This document shows, piece by piece, positions 1-9,375 of a stretch of DNA of 64,000 bases; the first letter of the stretch is position 1, and the number at the start of each line of letters is the position of its first letter. Under the pieces are notes generated by a model. It was not told the origin of the DNA. It searched no databases and worked only from the letters and a program-made list of their open reading frames with translations. The position numbers and the translations under genes were made by a program. The stretch comes from Malacoraja senta. Lineage: Eukaryota. Location of the stretch: the NCBI GenBank assembly GCA_038087875.1, contig CM075990.1, positions 2,792,001-2,856,000 on the forward strand. Reading direction: 5' to 3'.

Positions 1-214
1 AGTGAGGGGGGGGAGAGCTGGAAGAAAGATGGAGGCAGGACGTAGCTTGGTAAGTGATAGGTGGATACAGGTTAGCGGGGGGTGGGGGTGTGGGCAGATG
101 GTTGGACCCTCCTTTAGACCTAAAACGCCACTCATGCATGCAGTCAAGCACCTTGTGCCCGCTGCTCAATATTGCAGCATCTGCAGTTCATTGTGGCAAT
201 GTTGATCTTAATAC

Positions 215-238
215 AGAGGGAGAGAGAGAAGGTGAGAG

Positions 239-320
<82 letters not shown>

Positions 321-729
321 AGGGAGAGGGAGAGGGAGAGGGAGAGGGAGAGGGAGAGGGAGAGGGAGAGGGAGAGGGAGAGGGAGAGGAAGGGGGAGGG
401 TGAGGGAGAGGGAGATGGAGAGAGACAGGGAGAGGGCAGGAGAGGGAGAGGGAGAGGGAGAGGGAGGAAGAGTGAGATGGAGAGGGAGATAGAGAGGGAG
501 AGGGAGAGGGAGGGAGAGGGAGAGGGTGATAAAGAGAGGGGGAGATAGTGAGAAAGAGAGAACGAGGGACAGACAGAGAGAGCGAGAGAGTGAGAGAGAG
601 AGTGAGAAGGAGAGGGAGAGGGAGAGAGAGATAGAGGGAGTGTGAAAGAGAGAGAGAGAGTGAAAGAGAGGGGGAGGGTGAGAAAGAGAGAGAGACAGAG
701 ACAGTCAGGGACAGAGACGGAGAGAGAGC
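215..729. repeat. (GA)n / (GAGAGG)n polypurine microsatellite
   Basis: Directly visible; explains the ER/RG and SL/SP low-complexity ORFs. Confidence 0.97.
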
Positions 730-1034
730 AACAAGACTAATCCAAAATGTGAAGTAAATAAAGCATAAGGAACAAGGTTTCCAATTATGAGTGCCTCTGG
801 GAGTAGTCAGCTCAAAGGGAAAATCTGCAGGAACATTAACTAGTGTCATCAGTATTTGATATGGCAGGGTTGTAATGAAGAACGATGAGAAACACGGCCA
901 GAGGATATAAATCTAAATTAATTAAAAAACAAATTAAAATAAATATTAGGAAGCGCGTCTTTACTTGGGGAAAGACAGTCTCGTGCAAAGACAAAACAAT
1001 TCTATTCAAAAGATGAAATCAAAAATTCAGAAAA

Positions 1035-1292
1035 AGACACAAAGTGCTGGAGTAACTCAGCAGGTCAGGCAGCATCTGTGGAGAACGTGGATGGGTGATG
1101 TTTCGTGTTGGGACCCTTCATCAGAAATTCAACCTTGTTGAAAGGAACCTTTACCATCAGCTCTCAGAAGTGTCTCGACCTGAAACGTCACCTATTCCTC
1201 TTCTCCACGGATGCTGCCTGACTCGCTGAGTTACTCCAGCACTTTGTGTCTATCTTCGGAGTAAACCAGCGTCGGCTGTTCCATCCTACACA
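1035..1292. mobile_element. Penelope-like terminal-repeat remnant, two arms in inverted orientation
   Basis: Arm GACACAAAGTGCTGGAGTAACTCAGC...GGCAGCATC is followed by its reverse complement; same sequence lies 3' of GIY-YIG remnants at 11610-12045 and 34732-35795. Confidence 0.75.
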
Positions 1293-1379
1293 CTGCAAGT
1301 GGAAATGCCGTCATCTGCAATTTTGATAAACTGAAACACTTTTAAGGGAAAACATGTGGAATTATTCTGGTAGATGGAA

Positions 1380-1433
1380 GGGGTGGAAGGTTGCAACCTT
1401 CACGTGGTCTGCCCTGTTTCGACTAATGCAACC
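1380..1433 (+). ncRNA. Minimal HDV-like self-cleaving ribozyme (predicted)
   Basis: P1 GGGGUGG 1380-1386 / CUGCCCU 1409-1415 with G1.U wobble; P2 GGUUGCA 1389-1395 / UGCAACC 1427-1433; P3 ACC/GGU; L3 UUCACGU; J1/4 GU; vestigial P4 UUCGA; J4/2 CUAA with putative catalytic C1423. Folded by hand, activity untested. Confidence 0.85.
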
Positions 1434-1520
1434 AACTCGACGTGCACAAACAGAAAATCAAATAGAACAAGTTGTCCAACAACTTTAGGCCGAGCACGCC
1501 ACACGAAAGAAGAAGAAGAA
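1380..1520 (+). mobile_element. 141-nt non-autonomous retroelement with 5' HDV-like ribozyme and (GAA)n tail
   Basis: Exact 11-bp direct repeat GGTAGATGGAA at 1369-1379 and 1521-1531; (GAA)n tail; 3' end ACACGAAAGAAGA shared with the LINE end at 48133-48148 (minus). Confidence 0.85.
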
Positions 1521-1789
1521 GGTAGATGGAAGAGAAGGAAAGACTGGCTGTTCTAAATAACATTGTCCCACACCACAATGGCCTGCCCATCATGGTTAAA
1601 GACATCCCCAACCTCCCTCCCAGTTGAATCTAGTCACTCCAGTTCCATTCTCCTTGGCTGACCTTTCAATGCCAGTTGTGTAAACATTCACGGCAAGCCC
1701 CATCCTCACCTCATCTGGTCGGTCGCTAAACGTACCTTTGTCACCCCTTCCCTTTCCATTTCCCGCCCTCCCCTCTCCTGTTCCCCACC

Positions 1790-2108
1790 TGGATGTGAAG
1801 AGGATGTTTCCACCAGTGGGAGAGTCTAGGACCAGAGGTCATAGGTTCAGAATTAAAGGACGTTCCTTTAGGAATGAGGAATTTCTTTCGTCAGAGGGAT
1901 GTGAATCTGTGGAATTCATCTGTGGAGGCCAAGCCAATGGATAATTTTAAGGCAGAGATAGATAGATTCTTGATTAGTACGGGTGTCAGGGGTTATGGGA
2001 AGAATGGAGTTAAGAGGGAGAGATAGATCAGCCATGATTGAATGGTGGAGTAGACTTGATGGGCCGAATGGCCTAATTCTGCTGCTATCACTTGTGAACT
2101 TATGACCC
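1790..2108 (+). mobile_element. CR1 (HER1-like) LINE 3' fragment
   Basis: Decayed ORF2 end DVKRMFPPVGESRTRGHRFRIKG; 3' stem-loop GGGCCGAATGGCCT and short repeat tail. Confidence 0.85.
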
Positions 2109-2374
2109 TTCAAACCTCCTCCTCCTAGGATGTCGCTTCTAAAGATCCGGGCTAGAGAAATTCTTTCCCCTCTCCATTTCAAAGGTATGTCCTTTTATTC
2201 TGAGGCTGTGCCCTCTAGTCCTAGACTCTCCCACAAGAGGACAGATCCGAAACATCACCGATCCATATTCCATCTTCACAGCCACGCAGTTGCTTTTGGA
2301 TTTCTCCACAGACATTCTGCATTGGCTTATGCATTCAGAGTTGACTTAAAGTGCTTGCTTGTACACAAGTACAT

Positions 2375-2850
2375 ATCTACCCCTCACGCTGCCTCAACAA
2401 GGCCAGCAGCATAATCAAGGACCAGTCTCACCCCGGCCACTCCCTCTTCTCCCCTCTCCCATCAGGCAAGAGGTACAGAAGTGTGAAAACGCACACCTCC
2501 AGATTCAGGGACAGTTTTTTCCCAGCTGTTATCAGGCAACTGAACAGTCATCAGTTAGATGCGGTCCTGACCTCCCATCTACTTCATTGGAAACCTTTGA
2601 ACTAACTTTAATCGACTCTCTCAGACTTTGTCTTGCACTAAACGTTGCACCCTAAATCCTTTATCTGTCCACTGTGGACAGCTTGATTGTATTTAAGTGT
2701 AGTCTTGTCTTTGACTGGTTAGCACGCAAACAAATGCTTTTGCCTGTGCGTCGGTACGCATGACAATAATAAACTAAACTAAACTGATCTAACTAAACTA
2801 AACTAAGCTAAGCTGAGATAAACTAAACTGAACCAAACTAAACTAAACTA
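2375..2850 (+). mobile_element. Rex1/Babar-like LINE 3' fragment with (CTAAA)n tail
   Basis: Peptide RCLNKASSIIKDQSHPGHSLFSPLPSGKRYRSVKTHTSRFRDSFFPAVIRQLN; ends TGACAATAATAAA(CTAAA)n. Confidence 0.85.
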
Positions 2851-2854
2851 CTTA

Positions 2855-3175
2855 AAGCCCTGTCCCACAGTACGAGTTAATTCCAAGAGCTCTCACGAGT
2901 AAAAAAAAAATCAAACTCGTGGTAAGCACGGAGAATGAACGTAGCGGGTACGTCGGAGCTCGGGGACGTCTCGTAACGCTAACGGCAGGTACTCAAGAAG
3001 ACTCGCTAACGGCAGGTAAGCCTCGGGAAGACTCGTGAAGATTTTTCAACATGATGAAAAATGTCCACGAGAGCACCGAGTACCGACGAGTGGCCATTAC
3101 CGTAAATCTCCGAGTTCAAGTCAGGGCAAACTCGGGAGAACTCTTGGAATGAACTCGTACCGTGGGACAGGGCTA
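2855..3175. mobile_element. PIF/Harbinger-like MITE, interior type 1
   Basis: ~40-bp TIRs starting AAGCCCTGTCCCAC / ending GTGGGACAGGGCTA; TTA on both sides (2852-2854, 3176-3178); no coding capacity. Confidence 0.85.
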
Positions 3176-3195
3176 TTACACATCCACACATTTAA

Positions 3196-3711
3196 AGGGG
3201 CTGTCCCACTGCGGCGACCTAATTGGTGAGTTTAGAAGAGTTTGTCCTCGAGGTCTATGTAACTCTCCTTCATGCTCGAGAGTAGTCCCCGCGTACTCGA
3301 GGCCTCAGCTAGGTCGCGGCATATTTTTCAACATGCTGGAAAATGCCAGTGAGTAAGAAAAGGTCGCCATGGAAAAAAAATCGATATTTTTTTTTACTCG
3401 TAGGTTTAGTCAAAGTAGGTTGGCATGTTATTCACAGGTCATTGAGGGTAGTCAAAGTTAATCAAAGGTAGTCGAAGGTAGTCGTAGATAGTCTTCAACA
3501 TAGTCGAAGGGAGGTTGAAGGAGGTTGAAGGAGGTCAAAGGAGGTTGTCTTCACTCTCCACTATTCGGTGTCCAATTTTCCCGGAGTTAGTCGTAGCTAG
3601 TCGTAGCTAGTCTTCAACATAGTCGAAGGAGGTCTTCAACATGACACTTTTTCAAACTCTCCTAAACTCTTCTAAACTCGCCAATTAGGTCGCCCAAGTG
3701 GGACAGCCCCT
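3196..3711. mobile_element. PIF/Harbinger-like MITE, interior type 2
   Basis: ~48-bp TIRs AGGGGCTGTCCCACT...GGCGACCTAATTGG...GAGTTTAGAAGAGTTT; TAA TSD (3193-3195, 3712-3714); internal short GTAGTCG/GAAGGAGGT repeats. Confidence 0.88.
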
Positions 3712-4230
3712 TAAGTCACACATCCAACACACACCCACTAACACACCCAGTCACACTTTAGGCTTTTAATCTTTAGAGATACAGCATGGAAACAGGCCCT
3801 TCAGCCTGACGAGTCCTCACCAACCAGCGATCCCCCAATACACTAACACTATCCTACACATCAGGGACAATTTAAATTTTTACTGAAGCCAATTAGCCTA
3901 CAAACCTGTATGTTTCTGGCGTGTGGGAGGAATGGATTGGGGTTATTAGTCCAGTGTTAGCAATGTGACTGACTTTGGACTTTAGAGATACAGTGTGGAG
4001 TGTGGATAGAAATTGGAGCACCCACGTGGTCACAGGAAGAACGTACAAACTCCGTACAGACAGCACCCATTGTTAGGATTGAACCCGGGTCTCTGGTACT
4101 GTAAAGCAGCAACTCTACCACTGCGCCACCATGCCGCTACGCATGCACACACACTCAGCATGTTTCACCAAGGAAAGAGGTGAAAAGGGAATGACATTGA
4201 GGGAGAGAATAATACAATGTCAGCAACTGA

Positions 4231-4518
4231 TTAGTTTAGTTTAGTTTAGTTTAGAGATACAGCGCGGAAACAGGCCCTTGGGCCCACCGAGTCTGCGCCG
4301 ACCAACGATCCCCGCACATGAACACTACCCCACACACACTAGCAACAATTTTACATTTACACCAAGTGTGGGAAGAAAGCGAAGATCTTGGAGAAAACCC
4401 GCGCAAGTCACGGGGAGAACGTAAAAAAATCCATCCAGACAGCACCCGTAATCGGGATCAAATCCGGGTCTCTGGCGCTGTGAGGCAGCAACTCTACCGC
4501 TGCTCCACCGTGCCGCCC
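4231..4518 (-). mobile_element. tRNA-headed V-SINE (HE1-like)
   Basis: Pol III A/B-box-like head, central core, CR1-like 3' stem-loop, (CTAAA)n tail. Confidence 0.85.
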
Positions 4519-5067
4519 TTTGGATAGTTTGTTGCCAATTAGATAGTTAATTTCCCACCCCAGATAAAGTGATGAGTGCCATATTCAGTACTGGATAATA
4601 CAGATCAATAACTACACACTGAATATTATGAAAGCTCTAATATATTAAACCCCCCCCCGGGAAATAATCAATTGTAGAGAAATGTTTTGCAAAGAGTTTA
4701 TCGAGTTTTCTACGGGGTCATACGGATTTTGTGAATTCCGTAGATTCATTTTTCCAAGTTGATGTAAATATATTGCAATTGCAGAGGAACATGCATTTAC
4801 AAAGTGCCTTTTCTGTCCTCTAGAGATGTCAAAGTGCTTTGTGGTCACCACTATTTTTGAAATGGAGTTTGTATGTTCTTCCTGTGACCGCGTGGGTTTT
4901 CTCCAGGTGCTCGGGTCTCCTCCTACACTCCACATTGTTTCTCTAAAGTCGAAAGACTAAACTTGGTAATTCTCACCTCTGACTCAAAAGGTGACAATTG
5001 CTTTAAACACTTAAGCACAGAAATCCAGGATGACTCTCCAATGCTTTAGTGAAGGAATGCCACACAG

Positions 5068-5465
5068 TTATAGAGTCACTCATAGAGTGATACAGCGTGG
5101 AAACAAGTCCTTCAGCCCAACTTGCCCACACCAGCCAACATGTCCCAGTTACACCAGTCCCACCTGCCTGCATTTGGCCCATATCCCTCAAAACCTGTCC
5201 TATCCATGTACCTGTCTAACTGTTTATTAAAAGTTGGGATAGTCCCTGCATCAACTACCTCCTCTGACAGCTCGTTCCGTACACCCACCACCCTTTGTGT
5301 GAAAAGGTTACCCCTCAGATTCATATTAAAATTTTCCCCTTTACCTTAAACCAATGTCCCCTGATCCTTGATTCCACAACTCTGGGCAAGTGACTGTGCA
5401 TGTATTGTCTTTCCGCTGTGCATCTTCCCGATATATTTCTCTCATGGTTTTTTTTAATACACATC
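5068..5465 (-). mobile_element. CR1 LINE 3' fragment
   Basis: Minus ORF NLRGNLFTQRVVGVRNELSEEVVDAGTIPTFNKQLDRYMDR; CTATGA-type tail. Confidence 0.85.
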
Positions 5466-5536
5466 TAGAGGCACTGTGCTCTAAATCAGAACTTCAACCA
5501 CTTCCATTCTCCATTATGGCTGAAAGAAGTCCAGTC

Positions 5537-5890
5537 GTGCAGCGGTAGAGTTGCTGCCTCACAGCGCCAGGAACCCAGGTTCAATCCTGACTACGGGTGC
5601 TGTCCGTACGAGCTTGTGCGTTCTCCCCGTGACCACGTGGGTTTTCTCCAGGTGCTCCAGGTTCCTCCCACACTCCACAAGATGTACAGGTCAGTAGGTC
5701 AGTTCAGTTCAGTTTAGTTTAGTGTCACGTGCACCGAGGTACAGTGAAAATCTTTCACAGAAAAGCCTTCTGTAAATTGTAAATTGTCCCTAGTCTGTGG
5801 GACGTTGCGAGTGTACGGAGCGATCGCCGGTCGGCGGTGACTCGGTGGGCCAAAGTGCCTGTTTCCAAGCAGTATCTCCAAAGTCTAAAG
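5537..5890 (+). mobile_element. V-SINE (HE1-like) with a short Rex1 tail fragment inserted near 5700-5755
   Basis: GCAGCGGTAGAGTTGCTGCC head, GGTTCAATCC B box, core TTCTCCCCGTGACC..GTGGGTTTTCTCC. Confidence 0.8.
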
Positions 5891-6202
5891 TCAATCACAT
5901 TGCTAATGCTGGACTAATAATCCAAATCTATTCTCTTCCCTTCAGAGTAAATCCATTTTTACTACCAATCAGTAGGTTTTGGATTAGTGTTTCTCCATGG
6001 ACATTCTTCATTGGCTTATGCATTCAGGGTTGACTTAAATAAAGTGCTTGCCTTAAATCACATGCCAGCAGATTTAAGCACGCGAATGCAGATCTATATC
6101 AAGGGAGACACCAGGAACTGCAGATGCTGGTTTACAAAAAACAAAGATAGAGTACTGGAGTAACTCAGTGGGTCAGTCAGCATCTCTGGAGACCATAGAT
6201 AA

Positions 6203-6645
6203 AGTCATAGAGTCATGCCATGTGGAAACAGGCCCTTTGGCCTAACTTGCCCACACCGACCAACCTGCCCCATCTACACCAGTCCCACCTGCCTACGTTT
6301 GGCCCATATCCTTCTAAACTTATCCTATCCATGTACCTGCCCAAATGTCTTCTAAACTTTGTGATAGTATCAGCCTCAACTACTTCCTCTGGCAGCTCGT
6401 TCCATATATCCACCACCCTTTGGGTAAAAAAGTTGCCCCTCAGGTACCTATTAAATCTTACCCCCCTCACCTTAAACCTACTGTATGTCCTCTAGTTCTT
6501 GACTACCCTACTCTGGGTAAAAGACTATGCATTCACCCTATTTATTCCCCTCGTGATCTTATACACCTCTATAAGATCACCTCTCATCCTCCTGCACTCT
6601 AAGGAATAAAGCCCTATCCTGCCCAAATTCTCCTAATAGCTCAGA
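6203..6645 (-). mobile_element. CR1 LINE 3' fragment inserted in a PLE remnant
   Basis: Minus ORF RFNRYLRGNFFTQRVVDIWNELPEEVVEA; PLE arms on both sides (6114-6200, 6667-6745). Confidence 0.85.
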
Positions 6646-6886
6646 ACTATCTATCCTACCTATTCCAGGTGACGTCTCGGGTTGGGACTCATCCCTGGAG
6701 ATGCTGCCTGACCTATTGAGTTACTCCAGCACTTTGTGTCTATATTTAGGAAATTGAGGTCAAGTCCTATGGTATTTTGGTAATCTAAATTTAACTGGTA
6801 TGAAAGGGAAATAGAAATCTGCAGCCATCACTGATCAGAGTGTTGATGGACTCAGGTGATACAGCAATCTCCTTCAACCAACCGTT

Positions 6887-7650
6887 CTGTGAAAACGCAC
6901 ACCTCCAGATTCAGGGACAGTTTCTTCCCAGCTGTTTATCAGACAATTGAAACAATCTACCAACAACTAGAGAGCTGTGCTGAACTACCATCGACCTCAT
7001 CCTTGGACTATCTTTGATTGGACTTTTCTGGCTTTATCTTGCACTTATGTTGTTCACGTTATTCCCTTTATTATGTATCTGTACACTGTGGACGGCTCGA
7101 TTGTCATCATGTATTGTCTTTCCACTGACTGGTTAGCACGCACCAAAAGCTTAAAGGGCCTGTCCCACCAGCATGCGACTGCATGCAGCAAACGCGACCT
7201 AACGTGGTCGCTTGAGCCGTACGGCCTCGCGGGGCCGGTCCCACTTCGATCGCCGGAGCCGTATGGAGTTGTGCGGAGCTGGTCCCGACATCGCGCGGGG
7301 CTCCAAAAAACTGACTGTTCAAAAATTCCGCGCGGCAACGGCCTGCCGGCCCGCAGCCGCCTCAACGCCGTACGCAGCGTCTTGACGCCGTACCTCACGC
7401 GCGGACTTCCCGCGGACTTCGCTCGAACTTCACGTCACTCAGTCGACCTCCGCGCGGGCCCCGCTTCCAGTTTGGTCGCGCTCGCCGCATGCAGTCGCAT
7501 GCTCGTGGGACAGGCCCTGTACGGGGATCACTCGACCTTCGCGCGGCCCCCGCGTGGCCCCCGCTTCCGGTTTGGTCGCGCTTGCCGCATGCAGTCGCAT
7601 GCTCGTGGGACAGGCCCTTTACACTGTGCCTCGGTACACGTGACAATAAC
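6887..7650 (+). mobile_element. Rex1/Babar-like 3' fragment interrupted by a MITE
   Basis: Matches 2375-2850; host motif AAAAGCT...CACTGT is split at 7151/7622. Confidence 0.8.
7155..7618. mobile_element. CpG-rich PIF/Harbinger-like MITE, interior type 3
   Basis: ~45-bp TIRs AGGGCCTGTCCCAC...GCGACC; flanks TAA / TTA; second copy at 38796-39200. Confidence 0.88.
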
Positions 7651-8195
7651 CTCCGCACAGGTACAGTGCCGAAGGGCCTGTTTCCACACCGCATGACTCT
7701 ATAACTCTGACTCTATCCATGGTCTCCAGAGATCCTGCCTGACCCACTGAGTTACTCCAGCACTTTGTATCTTTTTTCTGTAAACCAGCATCTGCAGTTC
7801 ATTGTGTCTCCCTAATACTGACTGTTTGGCTGTTCGTAACTAGTAACACCCACTAACTAGTTTAGTTTGGTTTCGCGTGGAAACAGGCCCTTTGGCTCAA
7901 CTTGCCCACACCGGCCCAACATGTCCCATCTACACTAGTCCCTCCAGCCTGCATTTGGCCCATTCTCCTCTAAACCTGCCCTATCCATGTATCTGGTTAA
8001 ATGTTTCTTGAATATTGCGACAGTCCCTGCCTCAACTAGCTCCTCCAGCAGCTCATTCCATACACCCACCACATTTGTGTGAAAAAGTTACCCCTCAGGT
8101 TCCAATTAAATCTTTTTCCCTCACCTTAAATCAATGTCCACTAGTTCTCGATTCCTCTTATGTATAATATGAGGACACAGTCACACTTTAGTTTA

Positions 8196-8317
8196 AGAAG
8201 GAACTGCAGATGCTGGAAAAATCAAAGGTAGACAACCTTCTTTTTTCTTCTTTTTTTTCCCCTTCGCTCCATAGATGCTGCTGCACCCACTGAGTTTCTC
8301 CAGCACTTTTGTCTACC
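8196..8317. mobile_element. Short PLE-end unit with 14-bp TSD
   Basis: CACACTTTAGTTTA at 8182-8195 and 8318-8331. Confidence 0.7.
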
Positions 8318-8319
8318 CA

Positions 8320-8615
8320 CACTTTAGTTTAGTTTGGTTTAGAGATACAGCACAAAAACAAGGCTTCGGCCTACCGAGTCGGCACCGATCAGCGATCCCC
8401 GTACACTAGCACTATCCTACACACTAGGGACAATTCACAATTTTACCAAAAGCAAGTCTTTGGAGTGTGGGAGGAAATCGGAGCACCCGGAGAAAACCCA
8501 CGCATTCGTGGGGAGAATGTACAAACACAGTACAAACAGTACCCATAGTCAGTATCGAATGCTGGTCTCTGGCGCTGTAAGGCAGCAACTCTACCGCTGC
8601 GCCATCGTACCGCCC
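8320..8615 (-). mobile_element. V-SINE (HE1-like)
   Basis: Near full-length match to other copies. Confidence 0.85.
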
Positions 8616-8936
8616 TTATACACACAAGGACAGATTAATATTAATACAGACTAGGGGCGCCTAATCGTTTATTCACACCAGGACCCATGTACACCTTGTA
8701 CACTCCACCATAAGATCAACAAAGATTGTCCAAGCCTTTGTGTGTACCACAATAGCCAGAATGTTAGTACACACCACAACACCCTGTTTATATGAACCAC
8801 AGTGTACAGTGATTCTACTGGGACAGACTCATATGTATACACTCCTGAGCAACCTTGGAACTTGCACAATCAGAATCTGTACATGGTCTCAATCATTCTT
8901 CAGTTTAGTTTAGATATACACCATGGAAAAAGGCCC

Positions 8937-9375
8937 CTGAAGAAGGGTCTCGACCAGAAACGTCACCCACTCCTTCTCTCCAGAGATGCTCCCTGTCCCG
9001 CTGGGTTACTCCACCATTTGGCTTCAGTTTAAACCAGCATCTGCAGTTCCTTCCACCACACAAATGTGGGAGATATTATTGGAGAGCATCTAGCTATTGA
9101 GGGATTCTATTAACACGGATTCTATCTGAGGTTCTTTCCTGCACACGTTGTATCTTATCCCACTGCGATCTTTATCAGGAGGTAGACACAAAATGCTGGA
9201 GTAACTCAGCGGGACAGGCAGCATCTCTGGAGAGAAGGAATGGGTGACGTTTCAGGTTGAGACCCTTCTTCAGACTGCGAGGCAGGGGAGAAGGGAGACA
9301 CAGAGGTATGGAAGGGTAAGGTGTGAAAACGAGAGATCAAAGGGGACAAAGTCCAAGGGAAATGTAGAATAAATA
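8937..9375. mobile_element. Two PLE terminal-repeat remnants (8937-9062 plus, 9180-9375 minus)
   Basis: Each carries the CTGAAGAAGGGTCTC..GAAACGTCACCC motif. Confidence 0.75.

Noticed and set aside
54..849. Glu/Arg/Gly- and Ser/Leu/Pro-rich ORFs, also at 26021-26504
   Set aside because: Translations of (GA)n/(GAGAGG)n tracts.
2770..2850. (CTAAA)n arrays as telomere-like repeats
   Set aside because: They are retroelement tails, not TTAGGG.
6977..7704. GC-rich ORFs of 100-240 aa and CpG-island appearance, also 38597-39241
   Set aside because: Fall within TIR-bounded MITEs; no transposase or host-protein motifs.
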